64,000 nucleotides of DNA, taken from positions 108,004,001 through 108,068,000 of the forward strand of contig OX597816.1 of assembly GCA_951406725.2 (NCBI GenBank). The letters are read 5' to 3'. Position numbers and translations under genes: made by a program. Positions 12,488-25,095 of the stretch are shown here, one piece after another (position 1 is the first letter of the stretch; each line of letters opens with the position of its first letter). The stretch comes from Octopus vulgaris (taxonomy: Eukaryota). The notes under the pieces are model-generated. The model ran no database searches, was not told the origin of the DNA, and was given only the letters and a program-made list of their open reading frames with translations.

Positions 12488-13462
12488 TATATATATATAT
12501 ACCTGTATATATATATACACACACACACACACGTGTATGTGTGTGTATGTGCGTGCTTATGCATGTGTGTGTGTGTTTATAATTGGGTTCTAGTTCTCTA
12601 TCGTTCGGTTTCTGTAACTTAATGACAAATTCTGTCCGTAGTTTTTTCCCACTACTTTTCCTCGCCTCTTTCTATTTCTTTCGAAAATACAGAAAAACAC
12701 ACGGTCCCCTACAACCACCACCACCACCACATACACATACGCACACTGCCTTTCTTCCCTACTATCTATAATTCTCGTTCCCTTTCAGTCTTATTTCTCC
12801 CACGTTATGTTCCTTCCTACTCATATCCTCGCTCTTATGCAATCTTAGTCTTTTATTACTCACATTTGTTCACTTGTTACAATTTTCCATTGATTCAATT
12901 CAGTTTTTATGTTCCTTCCGATTTTCAACCCCACGCTTCTCTCTCTTTTATTGTCACTGTCTTTAACAATTTCTTCCTCGTCATTCATTTCCATTTTCTA
13001 TGAATTTTCTCCCCACACTGCTTTCCTTATATTTTTTACTTTTTCGGAAGGGTTTTTCCAATTTTTTTTTTAATAATTAATGCTTTATTTCACTTTGTTG
13101 CGGCAATAATACTTGCTCAATAGATATTCGCATAATCCAACGAAACGAACGTAGAATTTACCCATCTGATGAAATACATTGGAATTGTTTACCTTAAATA
13201 GTCCCAAGTTATTCCATATCATTCTATGCAGTTAACCATAAGATGGAATATACTAGAGTGCTTGAACAATACCTGCATGGATCTATTATCCCTATATATA
13301 TATATATATATATACACAGACACGAGAAAGCACATTAATACAAAAGAAGGTGGAAAAATATACTCGAATACCGAAAATTGGGTAATATACTTTTTTATTA
13401 CAGTTGCAAAAACATCACAAAACTGTTTTGTGATAATTTGCGGCTTTAATAATGAAAAAAAC

Positions 13463-13507
<45 letters not shown>

Positions 13508-13509
<2 letters not shown>

Positions 13510-13863
13510 CGCAGGAATGGTTGTGTAGTAAGTAGCTTGTTTATCAACCACATGGTTCCGGGTTCAGACCTATTGCGTGGCACCATGGGCAAGTGTCTTC
13601 AATTACGGCCTCAGGCCGACCAAAGCCTTGTGAGTGGATTAGGCGGAAACTGAAAGAAGTTTGTGTGCGTTCGCGTTTGTCCCCCATTATCGCTTGACAA
13701 CCGATGTTGCTGTTTTTACGACCCCTTAACTTAGTGGTTCGGCAAAATAGAGACCGATCGAATAAATACTAAGTTTACAAAGAATAAATCCTGGGGTCGA
13801 TTTGTTCGACTAAAGCGGTGCTCTAGTATTGCTGCAGTCAAATGACTCAAACAAATAAAAGAA
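13508..13863 (+). mobile_element. tRNA-derived SINE family 1
   Basis: ggcgcaggaatggttgtgtagtaag head to aaatgactcaaacaaataaaag tail. Confidence 0.9.
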
Positions 13864-14080
13864 TCTTTTCCTTTGAGATCAATTCCATCTCAATCACAGA
13901 TTTTTAAACTAATTTTTTGAAATAAACAGTTTGAAACTTCGAAAACTGGTAGAATTTTTCATGTAGAACATAGTTAACTCTGAACGCTTTTGACAAAGTT
14001 TGGTATTTTAGAAGCTATTTCGTGTTAAATTTGTCGTATTTGGGTAATTTCAACCAATCAATGACGTGTATTCGGTTGAA
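13862..14080. mobile_element. Single long-TIR arm related to the MITE at 24724-25845
   Basis: gaatcttttc...tttgaaacttcgaaaactggtagaat...caaccaatca resembles ggatcttttc...tttgaaacttcgtatactggtagaat...aaccaatga. Confidence 0.55.
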
Positions 14081-14344
14081 GAAGTGGAGAAGATGAAGGA
14101 GGAGGAGGTGGAGAATATGAAAAAGAAGAAGAAGGAGAAGAAAATACGGGAGTGGCAACACCCAGTAGTAAATGCTGTCAAGCGGCCTCACAGTGACCTG
14201 TTGTAGTTGTAGCAGCTGTAGTAGTGGGGATTGTTTTAAATAAATTCGTTGGTAGCGATTGTTCTAAATATATCTATCGTTTTTAATATTTCCGTGGATA
14301 TTATTTCTAGATCCTTGTAGTAGTGTCATCTGTGGTGGAAACAT

Positions 14345-14690
14345 TCAAAAGAGGTTTATATTTTCAATAAAATGATTCTTTGCTAATGCACTGCATTATC
14401 CCTAAATTTATACAGGAAAAATTCTAAAGTTGGGTTGTTCATTAGTGGCGCGAATGTCCATGTGTTCACTTAGTGCTATTTTTCTGTATTCTCGTATTTT
14501 AATCTGGGATGTATGTACGGTCATCCTCTGGCGTAGACTGATCTTAGTTTGACCAATGTATTGCTCTCGACACTGAGCAAGTCAACATGTATATCAGGTT
14601 TCCCGGAGCACATGTAAAACGTTGACCATGTTTGAAGGAGAACACCGATCTCTCAATTAGGTTGACGCAGATACCACAGTTAGATCTTCC
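14345..14690 (-). pseudogene. Penelope-like element GIY-YIG endonuclease remnant
   Basis: Minus strand gives CGICVNLIERSVFSFKHGQRFTCAPGNLIYMLTCS/(frameshift)CREQYIGQTKISLRQRMTVHTSQI...LSEHMD...KYKPLLN, i.e. the LIY...YIGQT...LRQR...H motif. Confidence 0.85.
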
Positions 14691-14692
14691 GC

Positions 14693-14750
<58 letters not shown>

Positions 14751-14980
14751 GTATGTATGTGTATTTCATGTATACATGTAAATATATATATATATATATA
14801 TAAATAATAATAAATATTAGGGAATGAATCCAAAATTACAGGGAAAAATCAGATTTAGGGTTAAATCCAATTTTATAGTAAAATATTATATAATATAATT
14901 CGAGACAAAACCACTATTTTAAAACCAAACAAGGAAAGACTTAATCAAAACATAAAATTTTAATATAAATTAAATAAACG

Positions 14981-15023
14981 CCACTACAAATGTTTCATGT
15001 CTGCTCCGACAATCTTCAGGTGG
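14981..15023 (-). ncRNA. Minimal type I hammerhead ribozyme (left arm of palindrome)
   Basis: Exact reverse complement of 15078-15120. Confidence 0.75.
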
Positions 15024-15077
15024 ATTTTCGATCTTCTAATCAGTATCAAATTTGATACTGATTAGAAGATCGAAAAT

Positions 15078-15120
15078 CCACCTGAAGATTGTCGGAGCAG
15101 ACATGAAACATTTGTAGTGG
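15078..15120 (+). ncRNA. Minimal type I hammerhead ribozyme (right arm of palindrome)
   Basis: ccac-CTGAAGA-ttgtc ggagca gacat-GAAA-cattt-GTA-gtgg. Stem I ccac/gtgg, stem II tgtc/gaca, predicted cleavage after GUA at 15116. Confidence 0.78.
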
Positions 15121-15204
15121 CGGTTTATTTAATTTATATTAAAATTTTATGTTTTGATTAAGTCTTTCCTTGTTTGGTTTTAAAATAGTGGTTTTGTCTC
15201 GAAT

Positions 15205-15246
<42 letters not shown>

Positions 15247-15683
15247 TTATTTATTTACATATATATATGAAATACACATATATACATTTATGTATATATA
15301 TATATATATATATATGTGTGTATGTATGTATATATATATTAAAGCCCCAGAAAATGAAGAACAAACACAAGAAAAAACAACAACCCGAGGACGTTAGCTA
15401 TTCGAGAAACTGCTCGTTAAATGTAAACATCAATCTTAAATACGTGATGTTTTCTTTTTTTATATTTGCTATGATTGACTAAACGCCTCGTGAGAGTTGC
15501 TTCAGCATGGCTACATTCCAATGACTGAAAATAAAAATCAAACAAGTGTAGCAGAAGTGAATATGCATATGATATATATTGTATATCATAATACTTTATA
15601 GAAGACGCCCGAAGTTGAGAAAGGTACCATGAGACACGCTGGACGAGTCGAAACAGTAACACATTTGAACGTTGTATATCAGC

Positions 15684-16086
15684 ATTAATAATCCTTTCTG
15701 TTATAGGCACAATGCCTGAAATTCCGGGGGCGGGAACCAGTCAATTGCATCGACCCAAATACGCAACTGGTACTTTTTTTTATCGACTCCGAAACCAGAA
15801 GACAAAGTCGACCTCAGCAGATTTTGAACTCAGAACATGAAAACAGACGAAATACCTATTTCTTTACTACCCACAAGGGGCTAAACACAGAGAGGACAAA
15901 CAAGGACAGACAAACGGATTAAGTCGATTATATCGACCCCAGTGAGAAACTGGTACTTATTTAATCGACCCCGAAAGGATGAAAGGCAATGTCGACCTCG
16001 GCGGAATTTGAACTGAGAACTTAACGGCAGACGGAATACGGCTACGCATTTCGCCCGGCGTGCTAAGGATTCTGCCACTCGCCGCC
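15684..16086 (-). mobile_element. Composite SINE family 2 (head+core+tailA, then core+tailB)
   Basis: Same modules as 8658-9389; junction aaagaaata|ggtatttcgtc. Confidence 0.88.
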
Positions 16087-16099
16087 GTATATATCAGCT

Positions 16100-16312
16100 T
16101 TAATAATCCTTTCTACTAAAGGTACAAGGACTGAAATTTTGGGAGAGAGGATTAGTCGATTACATCGACCCCAGTGTTTCACTGGTACTTAATTTATCGA
16201 CTCCGAGGAATGAAAGGTAAAGTCGACCTAGGCGGACTTTGAACTCAGAACGTAGCAACTGGCGAAATAACGTTAAGTATTTCGCCCAGTGTGACGATTC
16301 TGTGAGCTCGCT
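16100..16312 (-). mobile_element. SINE family 2, single module with tail B
   Basis: Core and tail B, directly adjacent to the previous copy. Confidence 0.85.
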
Positions 16313-17999
16313 GCATGCCTATAAAGCATTAATAATAATAATTTTATTTGAATTCATTTATACCATGGAAATTCTCCTTCATTTGCCTTGTCTTTCTTAC
16401 GTCAGACTAAGTTTGCGTGTGTTTGTGTGTGTGTATGTGTGTGTTCGTGTGTGTGTGCGCGTGTGTTTGCGTGTACGTTCCAAAGCATTGGGTGTTACGC
16501 ACATGTACTCGTTTGCTGTTTCTGGACTAGCATCTGTGAATATGCACCACTCGACGACTCACGTTGAGTGAATGAAAAATTTTTACTCAAGTGGTTGAGA
16601 TGCATTTGCATTACTCTTTATAAACAGATCAATTATTAGTTCATCAATATTTCGTATAAGAAGGAAAGCATTTTACAATCATTTCTTTTCCCTTTTTTGT
16701 TCATATTATTTTTATCTTTATAGGTAGGCATGCGACTCAAGCTGTTACATTTTTTGTATTTTTAAATTTTTCTATTACTTACTACTTCCAAATGTATGTT
16801 TCAGCATGAATTAATGGAACAGTAGTGGATTGATTAATCACATTATTTACGTAATTGCCTCCGTTTTAAATTACAAGGATGGAGAATGTAATTTTGAAGA
16901 GGCAGAGAAACGTAATTAGTTTTAAATAAAAATAATGACATATTGTAGCATTCATAAATTTCCTAAGAGTCTTAGTAAACTATATGAGTTAAAATAGTAT
17001 AATATTCTTGGCTTCATAATGACCTAACTCTTTCTAATGACTTAACTCTACCAGCAATTTTGAATTCACAAAATCAATGGGCTGTCGGACAAAATGCTTT
17101 GAGGCCAATTTTACTTTCATCCTTTTGAGGAGATAAAAGAAGTACTGATGTTGATATAACTAGCTCTGCTTTACCACAAAATTTGCCTTAATTCGCCTAT
17201 GTAAGAAATGATTAATATTTACACGAATAAGAAACATGTTGTTTGAAGTAATTTAGTGCTAGACAAAGATGTCTTGTGATATCCAGTCAATATTTTACGG
17301 TGTGTGTCCAAGTCTCAAGAACGTGGTCCATGTATTTAATTGTGGTCGTAGACGATTCATGATTTCTTTTCGAATGCTGATAATAGATGTATCATTTCAT
17401 TTATATCTGTAACCTGCTTGGGAATTATTTCAATACATAATGCATAAATGCCATACTATTACATTCCTGATTTTCTATTATAAGAGTTATAAAATGGCGC
17501 TCCCTTCTCGTTAGTATGGAATCAAATCTCATTTCCAAAATGTTTCGTTTGTGTTTTAAGAAAAAATGCTGAAACGAAGGAAAGAAGTTATAGTTTACAC
17601 CAGACTACCCGTAAAACTGAAGGGCAATTCTAATGTTTCCGACTATTGTTCGGAGAAGAAATGGTGAGAAACCATTCAGTAATAGAGAAACAAGACTGAG
17701 AGACTTAGAGGCACAAAAACTATGATGTATAGCATAAGCACAATGCTAGATGTATCATATCATTAATCAAGTTATTTGTTGACTGATACTAATCTACGGA
17801 GAATTGAAAAGCCAAGTCAAAATTCGTAAGACTTGAACTCAAAATATAAAGTTATGTAGCTATAGTAATGCTGCTTTTTAAAACAGTTCTTTACCGATTC
17901 TGACATCCACTGCCTTCAAAAAATAATAATCTTAGAGCTGCAACAGACCGTTAGGCAATAAAATACAAACAGTAAAATATATTAAAAACCATATTTATA

Positions 18000-18430
18000 T
18001 ATTGAAGCTATTTGCTAAGATTGGAGATCAAAGCGCCTCTTTTGTGAAAATATTTTATGGGTTTAGTGAAGACATAGGAATGGAATTTTGGATTAGAAAT
18101 TGGAGATGTTTGACAATGAATATATGGAAAATAGGAGAAATAATAAAAGTAGAGAAAGGAATTTAATAAAGCTGGGTAGGAGCAATAGCAATAAATATCA
18201 AGGAATTTCGTTGTTGCGTGATATATATAAAAAAAACTAGTATGCAGGAAAATAATATTTAAGGAGAACGATACAAGTGCTGAATGGTAAAAATGAGGTT
18301 GTCATTTGAATCATTCAGGTAATATTTCTGCTGTAGTATAGTAAAGATCTCCTACAGTGAAATAATAGTGAGCAGATAGGAATTTTAGATAAGAAGACAT
18401 TAAAATAATTGAATAGATGGAGCATCATTT
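18000..18430 (+). pseudogene. Highly decayed R4/Dong-type LINE RT fragment
   Basis: LKLFAK...FSEDIGMEF(G)L, comparable to LKFYGK...SDEIEMEFGL at 35173. Confidence 0.5.
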
Positions 18431-19184
18431 TACAAAAGCAATGCCAAAAGCTCTAATATATTCTGTATTGCAAGAGCTTAATTACTCCCATCGGTAACCA
18501 ACGCCGGTTGTACTCACCACTGAAGATGTAATCGCTGCCACAAGCAAACAACAGTTTGGAGTATGTGAAAGTAGACAACAGGGGGTGATGAAAACCTCTC
18601 TGAATCATTTTGTAAGTCAAGTCTGTCTTGCAGATGTCACAAAGATATATCACCATAAGAAAAAATTGGTACTGAGTCTGTTGGATAAACGTATGTTACT
18701 TTTACTGCGTAGAAATAGAAATAGAAATGAAACTAACGAGATAAAACTTCAGATGAACTGAATTTTGAGGACTCGATATAACATCCATGATGTTTTCTGA
18801 TGCATAGCCTCTTGTCTTTCAGGCAATATATTTTGTTTCAGTTTATTTATTTATTTTTTCAAAAACTGCTTTCATATTCTACCAAGCTGCCTAGCTGATT
18901 TTTATTTAACTCCAGGCCATGTCTTACTGAACAAGACTAATATGAAAATGTATTTGGATTGAACAAGACTAAAATAAGAAAGAATTGGGATTGATCTTCT
19001 TATTTGTCATATTTGTTCTGTATTGGTTTTGTTTCTGGATTAACTGTAACATGACAAACTTAGAACAATGAAATTATAAAAGAAATTGGATAAACTATGA
19101 TAGGATAATGGTATGCATAAACAGGCTCTAATATAAATACGAATTATCGTTCCCTGTATGCATTCATGTAAAATTCCTTCGATA

Positions 19185-19322
<138 letters not shown>

Positions 19323-20457
19323 CTGGATTTAACAAAGGAACAAAGCTTCATCACTGGCAGTTGTATGACAACAACATGTCAAGATACAAGGGATGTAGGA
19401 AAATAATGGGATTTAGAAAAACATTTCATATTTTTTCTCTATTCTGCTTATAGTGTCTATCTGGAAAGTGGCCAAAAAGCCACTTTTTTTGTCCCAAAAT
19501 CCTATCTTTGTCGCTAAACAAAGTATACCCGTAATTATTCGCATAAATATGAATTTATATATCAGGTTAGCGGATGTCCATGTTTTGAAACTGCTGCCTA
19601 GTCTATATATATTCTCCTTCTCTGTGATTTTGGATGAGATGCTGATATACACAGGGCAGCAAAACTCTATGACTATACATGCTTATTTTTTCCGGTTCAA
19701 ATAGTTTTGTCAAGTCTGTTAGGAGTTTCGGTGGAAATGTGCCATCTCCATAGCTTGTGTTGATACGTATATATTCACAACCACCAGCGTTGTGTATATT
19801 TTTTTATCCCAGAGCAATTTTCTTTTGTAGATGGCATAGTGTACTGTTGTAACAATAACACCATATTGTAAGAGGAGATAGTAACTTCATGACCTTTCTT
19901 GATACTTACTGATTACCTACGTTACATTGGGAGTTTATGACTAAGTATGTGAAGCATACATTGTGAATAACGGTGGAGATAGAAAGACCTTTGGTACAAA
20001 GGTTTGGGGTTCGAGAAACTGTTGTTTCGCATTCTATTGTCAAATATGAAAATTTCCTTCCGCCAAACTCCATCACTCTGTCATCTATTTCTCATTGTAG
20101 GTATTGCGTACATATATGCATGCATGAATTTTTGCATTATTTTTATGTATGTATGTATGTATGTATGTATGTATGTATGTATGTATGCATGCATGTTTAT
20201 TTACGTATGTGTGTTTTTTTCGTTGTTTTTCTTGTTTTTTTTTTCGAATTTCCCACCGATGGAAGAAATGCCAAAGCATGAATCTTTAATTGGAATTTAG
20301 ATAACATAAGGTAAGGTAGTACTTTATGTATTTTGTATGCATGTGTGCATGTATGTATATATTTAAATATGTGTTTATCTCTATATATGCAGGTAAGCAT
20401 TTAAATATATACATGCTCACATGTATTCATATATACGTGCGTGTGTGTTCGTGTATG

Positions 20458-20489
<32 letters not shown>

Positions 20490-20529
20490 TGTATGTATGT
20501 ATGTGCACGTGAACACGTGAACATAGGCA

Positions 20530-20935
20530 TGGGTAGTATATGAACTTATTACACACTGAGCTCCATGAATAATTCCCATGTCTGTAAGAAGCTCGGGCAT
20601 CTCCTAGCTATAACCTGCTGATTAGGCGTGCTCCATTTGGTCCTGTAAATCCCATTAATAATATGGTACCGAGGTAGTTACATAGCCAAGTGCACCAGTA
20701 ATTATTGATAGTAACCAAAAGTTATAGCCCAGAGGGAATGGCTGAAAATTTCTTATCATTTTGACACAATGATTCTTTATCTTTCTGGCTTTTAACATTA
20801 TGTTGCCATCTACTGGGCGATTAATTTGTACTTATTTTCATAGTTTCTTTTCCCAGTTCCAGATTTTTATGTCTGGCCTAATGTTCTTACAATTTGATGA
20901 AGTATTAACAGAAACATTTTACAATTATTCTTTCG
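20530..20935 (-). pseudogene. Decayed restriction-like endonuclease (RLE) domain of an R2/R4/NeSL-group LINE
   Basis: CKNIRPDIKIWNWEKKL*K*VQINRPVDGNI...YNFWLLSIITGALGYV matches the RPD...E...P.D...IIxGALG RLE pattern. Confidence 0.7.
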
Positions 20936-20962
20936 AATTATGTATGCATGTGTGTGATTCTG

Positions 20963-21033
20963 CAAGCGCAGGAAGCCTGCTTACCAACCACATGGATCCG
21001 GGTTCAGTAGACGGAAACTGAAAGAAGCCCGTC

Positions 21034-21073
<40 letters not shown>

Positions 21074-21280
21074 AAGAATGTATGTATATGTGTTTGCGTG
21101 TTTGTGTTTATCCCTCCCCCTACCATCGCTTGACAACCGATGTTGGTGTGTTTACGTTCCCGTAACTTAGCGGTTCGGCAAAAAAAATACTAGGCTTACA
21201 AAGAATAAGTCGTGGGGGGGATTTTTTCGAATAAAGGCGGTGCTCCAGCATGGCCGCAAACAAATAAAAGAATAAAAGAA
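20963..21280 (+). mobile_element. SINE family 1 with internal deletions
   Basis: Head joined directly (gggttcagt|agacggaaactg) to the mid-body. Confidence 0.85.
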
Positions 21281-22324
21281 TACGTACATACGTATGTATA
21301 CATGTTTGTATTTATGTATGTGTGCATGCATGTATATATATATATATATATATATATATGCATGTATGTATGTATGTATGTATGTATGTATGTATGTATG
21401 TATATGGTATGTTTTCACGTTGTAGCTTTAAGAGAGAATGTAATACTATTATGGAGTAAATTATATTGCGTATATATGAAGGCTCAAATCATCACACTAA
21501 CTAGTTTTATCTTGGCCAAGAATTGACAAACTTATGTTTCTGTGTATGTGTGTACGTGTGTGTATGTGCAGAAAGAGAGTCAAATGCAGAGACAGACAGA
21601 TAGACAGACAGACAGACAGACAGAGAAATAGATAGGGAAACAAATATACAGTGAGGCAGATTGACAGACAGACAAATCAAATAAGAGAGCGATAGAGAGA
21701 AATCTCGTCGATTTCAACTGGTAATACGAATGCACTTTTGTCTCTCCTTTTCTTTTTGGCGCACCGCCTCTCTCTTTCGCAACAGACGTCAGCGTAACTC
21801 ATATTCTTCATTACTTTGTCCATATATCACAGAATATACATACAGCATTGCAAAAAGTATCCATTAATTCTAATATTACAGTACAGTGTTTTATTCTTGG
21901 ATCTGTGAAGCAGACAAAATCAATGCATCAATGCATCAAAGCTAAAAATAACTTTGGAACGGAAAATAAATTAAATCCAATGAATGCTTTAAAGACATTA
22001 CATAAAACAATAACTAATATAACATTTTAAAATTGTTTACGTATCAAGAAGTTAAAGATGGTGAAATTCTTTGTTGTTATTCGCGAGGTTGTATGTATAG
22101 ACGTATATAAGTTCTTTATTTGATTTGTCATTTCTAAGAATTTGTTCATTGTAAAATCATTCGTAATACTATTTTTGTTAAACGGAGGCGCAATAGAAAT
22201 GCCAATTCTGTTGTGTGGCGTTGAAAATATATTTACTTCATTATAAAGTTCGAATCTCATAGAGCTTACTGTGGCTGTCATTTCTCTCTCAAGCGTGTTA
22301 TATAAAACATAATCACTCTTACTA

Positions 22325-23614
22325 CGAGGGACGTTCAATAAGTAATGCCCCTGACCCACTTCCCATAGCAGTAGAGCAACGAAACTTGGCACAGTTATTA
22401 GTCTTTTTCTACATAGGAACCACCCAGAGTTACGCATTTCTCCCATTGTTTGATGCAGCTCTGGAGACCGTTTTTGTAGAAGACCCCAGCTTGGTCCTCC
22501 AACCTGAACGTGACTTCAGAAATCAAGGCTGCATCATCTGGGAAACGCTTTCCTTTCAAAAACAACTTCATGACTGGGAAAAGGTGAAAATCAGAGGGTG
22601 CAAGGTCAGGAAAGTAGGGGGATGGGGGAGGAGTTCATAGCCATACGCCAGTGCTTCTGATCTGGCGACAAGCGAGTTGTGGACCGGAGCGTTGTCCTGC
22701 AGGAGGAGGATGCCTTTGCTGATCTTGCCCCGCCTCTTGATTTTGATAACTTATCTTAATTTCCTTAAAAGTGAAGCATAATAGGCTCCTGCAATTGTGG
22801 TACCCTTTTCCAGGAAATCTGTCATCACTACTCCGTCCTGGTCCCAGAAGACTGTGAGCATGACCTTGCCAGAAGAGGGCTGCACCCTTGCCTTCTTTGG
22901 AGGGGGTGAGTCACGGTGCTTCCACTGCATTGACTGGGCTTTGGTCTCTGAATCATCGTGATGGACCCAGGTTTCATCCTGTGTAATCAGTCTTTTGAAA
23001 AATTTTGACTCATCTTCTTGGCACATCTCCAAATTCACCCTCGAGCACTCGACGCGTTCTTGCTTCTGGAAAGGCGTGAGCAACCTAGGAATCCATCTGG
23101 CAGACATCTTTTGCATATGCAAATGGTTATGAATGATAGTTTCCACAGACCCGGTACTAATCTTGACCTCATGGGCTATTTGGCGAATAATTATGCATCG
23201 ATCTTCCAAAATGGCAGCCTCAACTTGACGGACAGATGCCTCATCAACGGCAGAAGGGGCGACCAGATCTGGGAGCTGTTTCCACTGAGTTCCGACCATG
23301 TTTGAATTCACGATGCCAGCGTTTTACAATGTCATATGATGGGGCATCATCACCATAAGTTACTTTCATTTCATCAAAAGTCTCCCGTGGTGTGCGTCCT
23401 TTCAAATACAAAAACCGGATCACTGCTCGACACTCAACAGGCTCCATTTCACACTTGACTCGGTTCAAACACCTGTAAATCAGAAACCACAATTAATTCA
23501 GAGCTGTAATTCGCCACTTACTCTATAGAGATATAAATGATTGCACATACAAAATTTCAGCTAGATCAAACATATGCAAGTGGGTCAGAGGCATTACTTA
23601 TTGAACGTCCCTCG
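22325..23614 (-). mobile_element. Full-length mariner transposon (1290 bp), TA TSD, ~37-bp TIRs
   Basis: TA-cgagggacgttcaataagtaatgcccctgacccactt ... aagtgggtcagaggcattacttattgaacgtccctcg-TA. Confidence 0.97.
22398..23447 (-). pseudogene. mariner DD34D transposase, disrupted by frameshifts and a stop
   Basis: MEPVECRAVIRFLYLKG...RSGRP / WIPRLLT / TQDETWVHH / LQDNAPVH / PDLAPSDFHLF / YVEKD*; stop at 22751, frameshift near 23250. Confidence 0.95.
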
Positions 23615-24579
23615 TATATCATATTACCACCGATACAAATAACATAAAGCCTTGCGACGGTTCATAGTCCTCCCATAGCGTTTTATCCATGACTTATTTT
23701 TGTCGTTGTTTTGCAAAAATGTGTTCTGAGTGAGAATAATTATCATCATCGTCATCCCAATCTTTATTTCATGAGGTTTATCCACGACTACTTTGTTCAA
23801 TACATTTTCTATTTCTTAAGGCACTGGACAATTTAATGATTTGTGTTTCATTTGTTGTTATTTCTAGCGGGTCCAAAAACTAAATCTTATTTAGAGCTAT
23901 AGCACCATATACAGAAGCGTAGTAGAGAAAGGTAGTGCTTTGGAATATTTTTCTTTTGGTAACGATAAAATCCGTTTTCATATGACCTGCTTGGCTCTGC
24001 TTAATTATTTGCCTTTTTATTAATGACGTTTCACGTACCTGCTTAATATTGCAACTACGTTGCCGCTGCTTAATATTTCCAGAATCCATTAATTGAAAGC
24101 CTATTCAAAAGCCTTCTTTATCTCATCAAGGACTAGCATAGATGTTTCGTTATCAATCCGCAGTATTCAGTTATAGCTCTATTTATCAGTAATTTTTCTG
24201 TGCAAACACTCTTTGAAACATAACTTCTGTACACCTGGAGGTAAGACTTTTTGCCTTACAATATTTTTCGGCACCTTAACTTCTGTGTTCAAATTCTACT
24301 GCGATCAGCTTCACTGGTCTTCCTTCCAGTACCGGGATCGAAGGTATTGACAATCCCATACACTCGAAATTGTAGGCTTTCTTTCTACATTAAAAACACT
24401 TCTTTTTATTGTTCATGTACTAAATCTTAAAACTAAGATTATGTACCTTTTGGCAACCATAAATCAATGTCTTTCAATTTAACGAAAATCTTAACGGAAA
24501 TACTCAATTGCTGGCAAAAATGTCTTCGGCTGACAAAAAAGTTTAAATCAGAGCAAAAAAAGGAAAAGCAAATATTGTG

Positions 24580-25059
24580 TGAGAATGCCTTAACAATATT
24601 TACGGATGCTAACATTACTATTTCCTGGAAGAAGATTTGTCTATCCAAACAGCATTTCTTTACGGAACCAATTTTGTATCATTCCGTCTGCACCAATTAC
24701 AAATGAAAGGATAAACAAGTTCCGGATCTTTTCTTTTCGATGGACGGAATTTTCTAGTTAACTAAAAAATTTGAAACTTCGTATACTGGTAGAATGTGTC
24801 AAAAGAAAACATTATTGTAAACAAAATTGAAAACAAAATTGTAATTTGTAACTTTAACGTAGTTTAATTCTTCGAATTTTAACCAATGAAATCCCAGCAT
24901 CTTCGAATTTTAACCAATGAAATCCGAGCATTTGAGCTCAAATCATTTGCTGCGTTATCGATATTGATAAAGAAACATAGCAGACGCATGCCGGATACAC
25001 ACACACACATATTCAGATACATACACACGTACACTTACACACGTACACACTTTCTGTCA

Positions 25060-25095
<36 letters not shown>

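Larger units (their letters stand above)
14887..15215. repeat. Near-perfect spacerless palindrome (two ~164-bp arms, centre 15050/15051)
   Basis: cagtatcaaa|tttgatactg centre; arms match by eye except one 1-nt indel (aaacgcc vs aaaccgcc). Confidence 0.95.

Noticed and set aside
13110-13215. CTGATGA at 13166 and GAAAcgaacgTA at 13142
   Set aside because: The halves are in the wrong order and each lacks its partner; at best decayed hammerhead remnants.
18453-18656. ORF starting YLCDICK, suggestive of a C2H2 zinc finger
   Set aside because: No correctly spaced histidines or linker, and no repeated fingers.
19380-20100. Possible decayed APE endonuclease (TLVVVNIYVST, minus strand)
   Set aside because: A single weak motif; too degraded to support.
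22027-22446. 139-aa ORF crossing the mariner end
   Set aside because: Its start lies inside the transposon; removing the mariner leaves an in-frame stop just upstream; no recognisable domain.
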